From Planctomycetota bacterium (GTDB taxonomy: Bacteria; Planctomycetota; UBA1135; GCA-002748355): DNA of 64,000 nt. The stretch lies in NCBI GenBank assembly GCA_002748355.1, contig PDSF01000035.1, positions 14,004 to 78,003 on the forward strand, in the 5' to 3' direction. The notes under the pieces are model-generated. The model searched no databases, had not been told where the DNA came from, and saw only the letters and a list, made by a program, of their open reading frames with translations. Both the position numbers and the translations under genes were made by a program. Position 1 is the first letter of the stretch; each line of letters starts with the position of its first letter. Shown here in pieces: positions 36,987 through 47,183 of this stretch.

Positions 36987-37377
36987 CGGGGGGGGCTCTG
37001 GGTATCTGCTTTGGGGAGCTGAGCAGGCTGTTGGAAAAGACCCGCGAGTGACAGAGTGCCCGATTCGGCGTCCCCCTGGTGACAGAAAACGCAGGCAAAT
37101 CTATGGATTCGACGAGGCTTTATGGCGCCAAGGGGGCGTCGCAGGCGGCGCTTTGTCGCCGTGCGCAAATTTCTACGGCCCGTTAGGTCCTGAGCCTCCT
37201 TTCGAACCTGACAGTGGCCGCGCTTGAATGCTGCCATGGGGCTTCTTGCGCCAAGTCCCTCCACAGCGGCGCGGAATTCGCTAGGGATCTGGTAGCTTGA
37301 GCCAAGCTCAGAGCCGGGCTCGCTTCGAAATCCACTCTGAGTTCCTGTCCCTGTTCCCTCCGCGAGAAGACGTCTCG

Positions 37378-40300
37378 ATGCTCCAGGTCCAGTTCGAGCG
37401 CGCTTTTGGGCGTGCCCTCCCCTTCGCACTCTTCTGCCTGCTTTCGCTCTCCTGCTCCTCCCCACCGAGCGAAGCCGACCCCTCTGCCGTTACCCCGGGG
37501 CAACCCTTGGGTGAGTTTTCGACACTAGGCGCCGAGGAAGCTCTACGTGCCGGAGAGCCGGAGAAGGCCCTCGATCTTCTCGACCCCATGCTCGCGGCCA
37601 GCCGTGGCTGGGCTCCAGAAAAGCGGGCGGCCTTCGAGCTGCTGCGCGGCAAAACGAACATGGCGCTAGCGCAGCAATGCCTCAAGAACCCCGGCTCCGG
37701 CAACCTGTACCGCAGCAGTCTCGAAGACGCCAAGATCGCCTTCAGCACGGCTAGCGAGCTGCTCGCGGATTCCCCCGCCCCCCGCATCGCCCTCGCCGAG
37801 GCTCAGCGCATGACCGAAGATTGGCAGGGCGTCAACAACGCTTGCTCTGAGGCCATCAAGCTCCTGGGAGGACGCCAGCATCTCAGCGGCCAAGCTGCGG
37901 AGCGGGCCCTGGAGCTGCGCTCCGAAGCGTGCTTGCGCATGGTGCTCGCCGAGAACAAGGCGGAAGCGAGCAAGCTCGCCGGCTCCAGACTGGACTTAGC
38001 CCAAAGCGGACTGCGCGACTGTGCTCGCCTGCAGCAGCTGCAACCCAAGAAAGCCGAACCCTACGTGACAGCCGCAGCCCTGCTCCGAGCAGGAAATGAA
38101 TCGGACAAGGCCCTAAAGACCCTGCAACAAGGTGTGCGCAGCGCGCCCGCAGCTAGCAAAATCCATGAAGCCCTGCAACGCTTCTACGCTCGAGCTGGGG
38201 GACAGCGCGCCTGCGTCGGCTTCTACCGCAACCTAGAGCGAGAGCTGCAGCAGCCTTCGGCAATGGTGGCCTGGTTTAGCGGCCAAGCCGCGCTGGCCTA
38301 CGCCGACGAACTCAGAAGCGGCGGCGCCATCGAAGCAGCCCTGCGACGCTACGACTTGGCCTTTGAAGCCTTCGGTCGCTGTATGCAGCTGGAGCCCAAT
38401 TACAGCGGTTGGTCCAAGCTCAAACAGGCCATCGCTCGGATCTCGCAGGCCCGCATGTACATCGAGGACGACAAGACCGAGCAGGCCGAGAAGCTCCTCG
38501 ACACCGCCTACGAGATCTCGCCGGCCATCGCAGCGGTAAACGAAGACGGCAACCTCCTCTACTCCGACGGCCTCGGTAAGGACTACCGAGGAGGCATCGT
38601 TGCGCTGGGAGCTCAGTTCGCCGGTATGGCGGGAGAGCGGCTGGAGCATGCCGTCCGCTTCTGGCGCAAGATCACCGCCCGGCACAGCGATTGGGGCTTC
38701 GCCTGGAACAACCTCGGCTTCGCCTGCCGCGACCTTGGCGTGCGCCGCAGCAAGAGCAAAGGCGGAGAGGGAGCCGGAAAGAAGTCGGCCAAAGAGCTCT
38801 GGGAGGAAAGCTATGCCGCCTACGAGAAGGCGGTCCATTACAGCCCAGAGGATCCTCGCATCGTCAATGACTGCGGCCTGATGCTGATCTACCACCTGTA
38901 TCGCAACTACGACCGGGCCAACGAACTCTTCGAACGCGCGATCGAGCTGGGCAGAGAGCAGCTGGACGAACTCGGGCCAAAGACCCAGGACGAGAGCAAA
39001 GAGCTGGCGAGCAAGCGGCGCGATCTGGAAGAAGCAACCGGAGATGCCTGGGAAAACCTGGCCAAATCAAGCTGGGAGCACGGCAAGGATGCGAAGAAGG
39101 CGCGGGCGGCACTCAAGGAGGCACAGAAGTACTTCCCCTACAAACGGCGTGGTGGCGTGAGGAAGATCCTCGCCAGCATCGAGGCGGCGAACGCAGAAAA
39201 GCAGAGCGTTCGGGTCCATCAGCCCCCCCAGTTCTTCGCCATGATTCGACCGGACGCCCAAAGCGAAGGGGCCCCAAGCGAAATCGCACAAGCACGAAGC
39301 ATGCTCCTCGCTGGCGAAGCTGAGAAGGCCTTGGACCTCATCGAGCCTCTCCTGAGCAGCCACGAAGAGGATCCGGAACTCTGGTATCTCGCCGGCGCCA
39401 GCAGCCTCCTCTTCGCCCAGCAATCGATCGCCGCCAAACGCCGCGGCGTAGAAGCCAACCTGATCGATGCTGTCCTGCGCTTGAAGAAAGCCGACACCCT
39501 CACTCGCGCCCTGGATGGGGGCAGCAGCAACTTCGGCACCGCGATCCATGTCCTACCCGTCACCTGTGCCATCGAGGCCCTGCTCCTGCAGGGGAAGAGC
39601 AGCGAAGCCGCCGAGCTGGGAGCCCGACATGCCACCCACCTCGACTCCTTGGGGCTGGAACTTCCCAAGGCGGTATTCGCCCGTTTTGCCCTTCGCCGCG
39701 GCGAAGCTGCAGCGCAAGCCGCCATCGCCGCGAAACAGGCCGGCAAGAAGGACGCGAAGCAGGCCATCGTCGCCGCACGAGACGCCTTGACCCGTGCCCG
39801 TAGCATCCTGACCAAGCTCGGCAAAGCGCCGCTCCCCTTGCAGCGAATCGAGAAGCAAGCCCAAGGCCCCTTGGCCCTTCGCAGTTTCTTCACCGCCTGG
39901 AAGAATCTCGAGCTTTGGGACGGCAAGCCTGCGGGAGCCATCCGTGTCCTGGCCCAGGGTGCAGAACTCGGCAGCGCTGAGGACGCCGGCACTCTGATCG
40001 GGATGATCCCGCCGCTCGTCATGCAGAACAGCAACTCTGGCGACTTGACCCTGGCGAACTTGGCCATCGAGTGGTCTGACAAGGTCCTCGCGGCCCACGC
40101 CGAAGACCCGACCCTGCTCTGGTGGAGCGGCTACTTGCACTACGCCGTCGCCTTCGTCGCCCGCAAGAGCAGCAAAGCAGTCCGAGCCTTGCAAGAGCTC
40201 GAGGCTGGCATAGCGAAGTACCGCATGGCCATGGAAAAGAGGCCCGACTTCGCCAACAGCTCCAAGTTCCGCATCGCTGAGGCGATGAACGCCCAAGGGG

Positions 40301-41034
40301 CCATCCTGATGGCTAAGGGCGAAAAAGAAAAAGCCCTGAAGACTTGGCTCGCCGCCATCAAGCTCTGGCCGGCCATCGATCAACCCAAGGACTTCCTGAG
40401 TAACCGTAGCCCTCGTGATGAAGCCTTCATCTATGCCATGAGCTTCCCGCGTCAGGGTAATGAGCTACGCGGAGCCGAAATCCTCGAGGCCATCGGGCAA
40501 TGTATTTCGAACGACTGGGAAGCCTTCAACAATGCCGCGCTGATGCTGCGAGACCTCTGTGAACGCCAAGGCGCTAGGCGGAATCCCAAACCCTTCATAA
40601 AGACCTTGCAGCGGAGCTACCAGAACTACCGCAAGGCGCTCCGCATCAACCCCAGCGACGTTCGCTTATCCAACGACACGGCGCTCATCGATATCTACTA
40701 CCTCAAGGAAAACCGCCAGCACAGCGAGGAGACCCTGCGCCTGGCCATCCGTCGCGGCAAATCCCTGCTCAGCGATCCCCCCAAAAACCACGGGGAAAAA
40801 CAAAACCTCGAGGAAGCGGTCGGCGACTGCATGATGAACCTCGGGCTATTGCTGATGGAGCAGCCCGCGAGCTACCAGGAAGCCAAGAGCTTCCTCACCG
40901 AGAGCTTGAACTACTATCCGAAGCGCCGCCGCGCGTCTGGTGCACACCTAAGGCGCTTGCAACGGCTCATCGACGCCGAGCAAAAAAAGCAGGACGCGGA
41001 AAAGCGCCAGGGTGAAGGCGGGGGCGGTCGATGA
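37378..41034 (+). CDS. Large TPR-repeat lipoprotein (hypothetical)
   Basis: ATG at 37378 gives MLQVQFERAFGRALPFALFCLLSLSCSS (lipobox-like). It is helical throughout, with recurring TPR-like A/L/Y/W patterns (WNNLGFACRDLG, AYEKAVHYSPEDP). Confidence 0.7.
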   Translation: MLQVQFERAFGRALPFALFCLLSLSCSSPPSEADPSAVTPGQPLGEFSTLGAEEALRAGEPEKALDLLDPMLAASRGWAPEKRAAFELLRGKTNMALAQQCLKNPGSGNLYRSSLEDAKIAFSTASELLADSPAPRIALAEAQRMTEDWQGVNNACSEAIKLLGGRQHLSGQAAERALELRSEACLRMVLAENKAEASKLAGSRLDLAQSGLRDCARLQQLQPKKAEPYVTAAALLRAGNESDKALKTLQQGVRSAPAASKIHEALQRFYARAGGQRACVGFYRNLERELQQPSAMVAWFSGQAALAYADELRSGGAIEAALRRYDLAFEAFGRCMQLEPNYSGWSKLKQAIARISQARMYIEDDKTEQAEKLLDTAYEISPAIAAVNEDGNLLYSDGLGKDYRGGIVALGAQFAGMAGERLEHAVRFWRKITARHSDWGFAWNNLGFACRDLGVRRSKSKGGEGAGKKSAKELWEESYAAYEKAVHYSPEDPRIVNDCGLMLIYHLYRNYDRANELFERAIELGREQLDELGPKTQDESKELASKRRDLEEATGDAWENLAKSSWEHGKDAKKARAALKEAQKYFPYKRRGGVRKILASIEAANAEKQSVRVHQPPQFFAMIRPDAQSEGAPSEIAQARSMLLAGEAEKALDLIEPLLSSHEEDPELWYLAGASSLLFAQQSIAAKRRGVEANLIDAVLRLKKADTLTRALDGGSSNFGTAIHVLPVTCAIEALLLQGKSSEAAELGARHATHLDSLGLELPKAVFARFALRRGEAAAQAAIAAKQAGKKDAKQAIVAARDALTRARSILTKLGKAPLPLQRIEKQAQGPLALRSFFTAWKNLELWDGKPAGAIRVLAQGAELGSAEDAGTLIGMIPPLVMQNSNSGDLTLANLAIEWSDKVLAAHAEDPTLLWWSGYLHYAVAFVARKSSKAVRALQELEAGIAKYRMAMEKRPDFANSSKFRIAEAMNAQGAILMAKGEKEKALKTWLAAIKLWPAIDQPKDFLSNRSPRDEAFIYAMSFPRQGNELRGAEILEAIGQCISNDWEAFNNAALMLRDLCERQGARRNPKPFIKTLQRSYQNYRKALRINPSDVRLSNDTALIDIYYLKENRQHSEETLRLAIRRGKSLLSDPPKNHGEKQNLEEAVGDCMMNLGLLLMEQPASYQEAKSFLTESLNYYPKRRRASGAHLRRLQRLIDAEQKKQDAEKRQGEGGGGR

Positions 41035-42620
41035 TCGAGGCCCTCGCTCCCACCCTAGCCCTGCCCTTGCTCCTGCTAACTGGGCTCCCCACTGGGGCCT
41101 CAGCCCAAAGTAGCCCTGCCGCTATGGACCCCAGCACGGCCAAGCGCATCGAGGAGCTGGCAGACGCAGGCAAGAGCGAGGAAGCTCTCAAGCTATGCCG
41201 CAAGCTCATGCAGCTGCAGCCGAAGGAGCCCTTCGCCGCCCGCCAGCTGCTCGCCCTCCTGCTGAAGCTCGGCCGCATAGACGACGCCTTAGATGCCGGC
41301 GACCGCTCCCTGGCTCGCTTCCCCAAGGACGTGATCCTGCTGGAGAGCTTGGCCTTGGCGAGTCAGCGCAAGGCCGAGCAGTTTGCCAAGAACCCAAGAA
41401 GCTACCGCCAAGCGTCCCTGTATCTGCAGGACGCGGAGGGCTTCGCCAAGCGTGCGCTCAAACAACAAGCGAAACGCCGCAAGAGCCTGGCCATTCTCGG
41501 CCTGGCCCAGCTACAGCTCGGCAAGGGCCAAGCAGCCCTAGAAACGGCATCGAAGCTCACCGAGCTTTTCCCCAAAAGCGCCAGCGGCCCCCTGCTCCGG
41601 GCTCAGATCCGGCTGCCCCTACTCACCCACGGCATCCGTGAGGCGACGCTCAGCGAGAAGGAACGATTCACCCTCGCGGGCCTCATCCGCAAGGACTGCA
41701 TGCTCGCCACCCGCTTGGAGGCGTCGCGCTATCTCCCCTATCGCCTGCTCGGAGATGTGGCGGCCTGGCTCGGGGAAATCGAAGAAGCTCGCACCCTCTA
41801 TGCCTCGGCCCTCGCCCGGGATCCCAGCCGTGGCGCGCCACACGACTGGCTTCTCCGTCAGGGCGCCTTCGCCGCCCATGCCTGCTACAGCCAGGCCATC
41901 GCCAAGCTCAGCAAGCGCAAAGACAAGCATGCCCGCGACGAAGCCATCCTGCAGTGGTATCGCGGCATTGCCGCCTTCCACGCCGAAGACTGGCAAGGCA
42001 CACGCGAGTCCATGGCACGCTGCTACGCCCTCGAAAGCAGTTTCGTCAGCAGCCTTTATTACAACGCTGTCGCCAACTACGAGAGCCAACGGCCACAAGA
42101 GGCGCTCGCCCTTGCCCTAGCTCTAAGCCAAAGAGGGAAGAAACAGTTCATCGGAGAGCTTCGCCGGGCCGGTGCAGATCAAACTCGACAGCTCAAACTC
42201 TTTCGCGTCCTCGCCCTGCTCGCCAAGAACAAGGGTGATCTCCACGGCTCCCGGGAACTCAACCATTGCATCGCATCGGTCGCCGATGACGCCGATAGCT
42301 GGAACAACCACGCCTTTCTCTGCCGGGAAACGGGCAGGCACGAGGAAGCGTGGACTTCGTACAAGCGGGCACTCGCCAAGGCCCCCAAAGACCCTCAATT
42401 ACTCAACGACGCGGCAGTCATCCTGCAATACCACCTAAAGCGCGATCAGGGGCTCGCCCGGAAGATGTATCAGGAGGCCATCCGCATCGCCGAGCAGATC
42501 CTCCTGGAGAAGAAGCTCTCCCCCGCCCTGCTGGCACGCGCAGCGCAGAGCCGGAAGGACGCCCGCGGGAATCTCAAGAAGCTCGCTCCGGTGAAGCAGG
42601 ACAAAAAGGAGCGGCCGTAG
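41031..42620 (+). CDS. TPR-repeat protein with signal peptide (hypothetical)
   Basis: ATGA overlap with the preceding TPR gene. The N-terminus is MIEALAPTLALPLLLLTGLPTGASAQ, and TPR-like repeats follow (WNNHAFLCRETGRHEEAWTSYKRALAKAPKDP). Confidence 0.7.
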   Translation: MIEALAPTLALPLLLLTGLPTGASAQSSPAAMDPSTAKRIEELADAGKSEEALKLCRKLMQLQPKEPFAARQLLALLLKLGRIDDALDAGDRSLARFPKDVILLESLALASQRKAEQFAKNPRSYRQASLYLQDAEGFAKRALKQQAKRRKSLAILGLAQLQLGKGQAALETASKLTELFPKSASGPLLRAQIRLPLLTHGIREATLSEKERFTLAGLIRKDCMLATRLEASRYLPYRLLGDVAAWLGEIEEARTLYASALARDPSRGAPHDWLLRQGAFAAHACYSQAIAKLSKRKDKHARDEAILQWYRGIAAFHAEDWQGTRESMARCYALESSFVSSLYYNAVANYESQRPQEALALALALSQRGKKQFIGELRRAGADQTRQLKLFRVLALLAKNKGDLHGSRELNHCIASVADDADSWNNHAFLCRETGRHEEAWTSYKRALAKAPKDPQLLNDAAVILQYHLKRDQGLARKMYQEAIRIAEQILLEKKLSPALLARAAQSRKDARGNLKKLAPVKQDKKERP

Positions 42621-42674
42621 CTGGCCTCTGCCCGTCGAGTCAAAGCTCAACTGCGATCTCGCTCGCGACTACCC

Positions 42675-43442
42675 TCAAGCGATTAGGCCACACGAAAGAT
42701 CGTCATATTCCTTAAAGTCGACCTCGAGAGGGTTGCCCGCCGCATAGCGGAATCGAAGCTGGCGGAGGGAATCCATGCCCTGCAAGTGCGGGACAGCAAT
42801 CAGCGTGCTACTGACGGTCGGCCGCTGACCCTCGTGTAGACAAACAGGAAACTCGGCGCCGCTTTCCCGATCGCGGCCACGACCACTTGCCATCGTCACC
42901 CCCAAGCGGTCAAGAAGCGACTCGATGTCGTGATTGGTGCCCGCGACCTCGTCATACAGACCCATGGCCCCACAGAGTTCACAGCGCTCCGGCCCGATCA
43001 GGTTGCTCATCGAAACCACAGGCCCCTTCTCGACCCGGCTCTCAAGGCAGCCATCGACATAGCGGAGATATCGGCAGTCGTCGGCATCGCTAAGCAGGAG
43101 TTGGAAGGGTCTGGAGGGTCTTTCGCTCAATAGCTCCTCGATCCCCTTTACCGCCTCCAGAGGGGTATTACAGGAGAGCGCTTCGAACACGACATGACCG
43201 CGAGAGAGAGCCTCAGGATCGATGTAGCCAGGCGCATTGGTAATCGCCGCGACCAGGCCGAGGTCATTGACCCCAGCCCAGCTCCCCCCGTGCCTTCGAT
43301 CCCGTGGGCAAAGGGCCCGGCGCTCGCCGAGGATCCTCAGCCCGGGCGGCATGGCCGAGCGTCCCGGATCTTCCTCCCGATTGAAGGCAAGGATGACCGG
43401 AAAACCCGGAAGCAGATGCCGGTAAAGGAGGAGCACACACAT
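42675..43442 (-). CDS. NRDE-family (TANGO2/DUF833-like) protein
   Basis: The N-terminal Met-Cys (MCVLLLY) and the family motif in ILAFNREE. The 255-aa length is typical. Confidence 0.75.
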   Translation of the reverse strand: MCVLLLYRHLLPGFPVILAFNREEDPGRSAMPPGLRILGERRALCPRDRRHGGSWAGVNDLGLVAAITNAPGYIDPEALSRGHVVFEALSCNTPLEAVKGIEELLSERPSRPFQLLLSDADDCRYLRYVDGCLESRVEKGPVVSMSNLIGPERCELCGAMGLYDEVAGTNHDIESLLDRLGVTMASGRGRDRESGAEFPVCLHEGQRPTVSSTLIAVPHLQGMDSLRQLRFRYAAGNPLEVDFKEYDDLSCGLIA

Positions 43443-43853
43443 ATCTGATGGGCAACGACGGCTGCTGCGCTAACGGAGCATCGAAAAAGACGAGCGACGG
43501 ACAGGGGGTCGGATGGGAGCTTCCGCCTGCGACAAAAAACGCAGGTAAAGAGGCGGATTCGCCGGGCGTTCCGACGGCAAGGGGCTCTGGTGCCGCTCCT
43601 CGCTGGCCGGAAAAAACCGCAATAGCCTGAAGCGCTGTCTAACAAAGGCCACGAAGCGGCGCAAGCCATGGGCATTTCGCAGATCGATGAACCGAGAGAC
43701 CTGGAGGATCCGAATGAAGACAAAGTCTGCTTGGGAGCCTGCCTCGAATTGCTTCGTTCGCGAGCACACGCGGCTTCCTCCTGGCACGCGTTCACGGCTA
43801 CTGCTTTGATGTTTCGCCTCGCGCTCCCCCTTTCGTCCCAGCCGGAGACCCTA

Positions 43854-46800
43854 ATGCGCTTCGACTCGATCCCTGCGCTGCTGCGCTTTGCGATCGCTCT
43901 TATTGCCCTCCTGACCTTGCCGAGCACCAGTTTTGCCACGGCCCAAGATGAGGGCGATGAGCTTCCCTACCCCGAACTCAGCCTCGCAGAGTCCCACAGC
44001 TTCCTCGACGAGCTATCGACCTGGCAACAGCATCTCGTCCAGCCCGAAGGCCGTCCGGTCAACAAGCAAGTCCGCGGCGTGTTCCCGGTCGGCGACGGAC
44101 AGGTCTTCGGCTACGTAGGCCTTGGGCGCCGGGCCAACACCATGCAGGGTCTCAGCGGCCCCAGTTACCAAACGGCCGAGCCATGGGCCCCCAAGGGACA
44201 TTGGGGCGAGATGAGCCTCGACCTGCTCGATGGCGATGCCGTTGTTCCGCTCCCGATCCAACGTATCTGGCGCACCCGCGGGGTGAACTGCGTCATCACT
44301 GAAGACGCCAACGACAAGGAAGGGACACTCACGCTTACGACCCTCAACTTCGCCAAGTTCGGGGATCGGAGCCTCTACCGATGGGTGGAAATCCGCAACC
44401 GCGGCAAGAGCGCACGAAAGCTAAGCCTTCGGGTCGATTGGGAGCGAGGATCCGCACAAGGGGATCAGCTGAGTTCGACGTATAAGGCCAAGGGTTTCGA
44501 GGCGCTTCTGCGCTGCCTGCGCCCGGCAAAAGCCGTCGGCCACAGCCTCCTTATCGATCTTGGAGAACTGGCCCCCGATGCTGTCGTCATCGTGCCCCTC
44601 GTCCTCCACTGCAAAAAGCAGGGGGAGGATTATGTCGGCGCCAAGAAGGACGAGGACGTCAAAGCCGCACTAAGCGCCAGCGAAAAGTACTGGCGGCAGC
44701 GTCTCAGTAAGACCAGCGTCCTGGCTACCGACCGCACACGGCTCGCCGACCTGGTCGAAGACTGGAAGATTCTCATGCTGGTCCAGCGCAGCGCTGAGAA
44801 CGGCGCGGTCAGTCCCATGGTCTCCCACCGTGGCGCTTGGGTGCGCGACAACGCTGGGCCGCTGCTGGCCTTCCTCCGCTATGGACTGCACAAGGAAGCC
44901 GCAGACCTCCTGCGCTACGTACACGACGCCATCATCATCACCGGCCAAGTCCGCAGCGATTACCCGCTGGACCTCGATGTGAGCGCCGCCGAAAAGATGC
45001 GCCAAGGCTTCGATTGGTCCAAGGTTCAAACTCCAGACAGCGTCCTACCTGGCTGGATCATCCTGCAGCACGCGTGGTACTTCCGCGCCACTTGGGACAT
45101 TGGCCTGATCAAACGACACTGGCCGATGCTCGAGGCCTGCATGAAGGCCTTCCGTCCGGACGCCAAGGGCACCTTGCTGCCGGAAGGCGATGAGAACTAC
45201 CTCTATGGCGGCTTCTTCAGCCTCGGTCCGGAGCGATTCGCCGCCCCTTGCTATATCCCTGCTGCCGACCTAGCAGGGCGTCGTGCGCGCTCCTTCGATA
45301 GTTCATTGATCTACCTGATGGCCATCGACTCGATGTCAGAGCTGGTCGAGGAGCTAGACAAGGACGCCCAAGGCAAGGTTGCGCAAGACCGTGAGTGGAC
45401 CAGCGCCAAGAAGCTGCCCTGGGAGAAGCGCAAGATCGATACGCTGCTCCAAATCGAGAAGAACTTTTGGCTGGAGAAGGAGAAGCGCTTTGCCCCCTTC
45501 CTCTCCCCCGTCACTGGCGAAGCGCACCGCGCGCCTTATGCCGCGGTCAACCTCAAGCCGCAGTGGCTCGGTTACACCTACGCCATCGGCGAGAAGAACC
45601 GAGATAACGCCCGGAATAGCATTTCCGCGCTATGGAAAAAGGGCATGCGTGTCGGAATGACGCCGAACGTCGGGCATTTCACCGGCGATGTTCCCGGCTT
45701 CCTCCTTTACACACTGGCGGACTTGGATGACAAGCGCCGCAACGAGGCCTTGGACGAACTCCTGCGACTCGCGGGTCCCGCTGGCGAATGGGGACAACTC
45801 TATAACCCCCAAGGTCAGCCGATCTCGAGCTATTCCGAAGAGTGGCCATGCCGCCTTCGTCCCTGGGAAAGCGGCATCAACATCGACGCCATCCTCTTCG
45901 CGCTGAACGGCGCTCGCTATGCGTCCGTCCCCGGCTGGTCCAAGAGGGACCAGCGCTACAAGCTGCGAATGCCGAACAAGGCGCGCTGGGTCTCGATGAC
46001 CAAGATGCAGCACGATGGGCACCAGTACAACATCTACCTCGACGAGGTTCACGAGCCCGATAAGAAGCTCGACCCCAGCGGTGCTCCGGTTCGTAAGCTG
46101 CGCTTCCGGGTGCACTATGACGTCGTCAACTTCAGTCTGATGCAGACCGAGTTTGTCGACGTAGCAGCCAATGTCGGCGAGACCCTATTTGTCCGTTGGC
46201 CCAAGGTTGGCAGCCCGATCAACGAGACCACGCCCTGGCCCGAAGACAGCGAAGAGGTATTCCTTGGGGCTGACGGCCCTGGCACTTTTACTCCTGTCGC
46301 GCCGAAGCTCGCGAAGGGAGCCAAGACCCTCTTCATCACCGCCGGGCTGTCCCAGTCACAGCCCGTGGACTCGGTAGCCGTCGACATCGGCCTTCCCTTG
46401 CTCCCCGAGCAGCTCGCCGCCCTCATCCACGATGGCAAGAAGCGGCGTTTTGACCGCATCGTTTTTGATGTAGGGGCGCGGGATGCGTCCGCGGCAACCT
46501 TCAAGACCGGCACGTTCTGGAATCACCCAAGCCTCTTGGGCGCCCAAAAACGCTTCCGTGCCGACGGCGGCGAGATCCTGCGACCGCGCTTCCTGACTAG
46601 GTTCGAGCTTTTCGGCCCGGAGCGCGCCCAGGGTCTTGGGGATCTCGAGAAAGCGCACGAAGTAGAGAAGCTGGAGAACTTCCGAGCTGGCAACTTTGCC
46701 TGGAAGAAGCAGCTCATCTCGAAGGCACGCCTCGACCTGCACTCCCTGACCGAGAAGCAAAAGCCTGAGCTCAGCGGCAAGAGCTACCTGTGGTGGGCAA

Positions 46801-47069
46801 GCTCGGTCATCGTTTCCGACCGAGATCAGGAGCTGATCCTGAAGGTCGGGAGCGACGATGGCATCCGTATCTGGCTGGAAGGCGAGGAGATCTTGCTTCG
46901 GAAGATCAAGCGCATGGCGACCTTCGATCAGGACGAGGTCCTGATCCGACTGAAAAAGGGCGAAAACCGCCTTCTCTTCAAGGTCGTCAACGTCGACGGC
47001 GGCAGCGCTCTCTATGCGCGCCTGACCGGAACCGACGGACTCCCCGCTCGCGGGCTCAGCTACCGCTGA
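43854..47069 (+). CDS. Secreted (alpha/alpha)6-barrel glycoside-hydrolase-like protein (GH15-related) with C-terminal PA14/galactose-binding-like beta domain
   Basis: ATG at 43854 gives MRFDSIPALLRFAIALIALLTLPSTSFATAQ (signal peptide). HRGAWVRDNAGPLLAFLRYGLHKEAADLLRY resembles the GH15-type W-x-RD helix-hairpin motif. The C-terminal LKVGSDDGIRIWLEGEEIL resembles PA14-type DDG-x-x-W-x-G. The assignment is tentative. Confidence 0.55.
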   Translation: MRFDSIPALLRFAIALIALLTLPSTSFATAQDEGDELPYPELSLAESHSFLDELSTWQQHLVQPEGRPVNKQVRGVFPVGDGQVFGYVGLGRRANTMQGLSGPSYQTAEPWAPKGHWGEMSLDLLDGDAVVPLPIQRIWRTRGVNCVITEDANDKEGTLTLTTLNFAKFGDRSLYRWVEIRNRGKSARKLSLRVDWERGSAQGDQLSSTYKAKGFEALLRCLRPAKAVGHSLLIDLGELAPDAVVIVPLVLHCKKQGEDYVGAKKDEDVKAALSASEKYWRQRLSKTSVLATDRTRLADLVEDWKILMLVQRSAENGAVSPMVSHRGAWVRDNAGPLLAFLRYGLHKEAADLLRYVHDAIIITGQVRSDYPLDLDVSAAEKMRQGFDWSKVQTPDSVLPGWIILQHAWYFRATWDIGLIKRHWPMLEACMKAFRPDAKGTLLPEGDENYLYGGFFSLGPERFAAPCYIPAADLAGRRARSFDSSLIYLMAIDSMSELVEELDKDAQGKVAQDREWTSAKKLPWEKRKIDTLLQIEKNFWLEKEKRFAPFLSPVTGEAHRAPYAAVNLKPQWLGYTYAIGEKNRDNARNSISALWKKGMRVGMTPNVGHFTGDVPGFLLYTLADLDDKRRNEALDELLRLAGPAGEWGQLYNPQGQPISSYSEEWPCRLRPWESGINIDAILFALNGARYASVPGWSKRDQRYKLRMPNKARWVSMTKMQHDGHQYNIYLDEVHEPDKKLDPSGAPVRKLRFRVHYDVVNFSLMQTEFVDVAANVGETLFVRWPKVGSPINETTPWPEDSEEVFLGADGPGTFTPVAPKLAKGAKTLFITAGLSQSQPVDSVAVDIGLPLLPEQLAALIHDGKKRRFDRIVFDVGARDASAATFKTGTFWNHPSLLGAQKRFRADGGEILRPRFLTRFELFGPERAQGLGDLEKAHEVEKLENFRAGNFAWKKQLISKARLDLHSLTEKQKPELSGKSYLWWASSVIVSDRDQELILKVGSDDGIRIWLEGEEILLRKIKRMATFDQDEVLIRLKKGENRLLFKVVNVDGGSALYARLTGTDGLPARGLSYR

Positions 47070-47135
47070 GCCGCGCAGCGCCGGCTCGGCAGCCGAGAGG
47101 ATGGGCTACCGCAGCCCCTTCGTCCCCTGCCCAGC

Positions 47136-47165
47136 AAAGGCCCGCGACAGGAGTCCGGGCCTTTT
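47136..47165. terminator. Hairpin between convergent genes (candidate terminator)
   Basis: AAAGGCCCG / 11-nt loop / CGGGCCTTT followed by T. It lies between the stops of 43854..47069(+) and 47184..48410(-). Confidence 0.45.
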
Positions 47166-47183
47166 GCACAGGAGCGGATCCTC

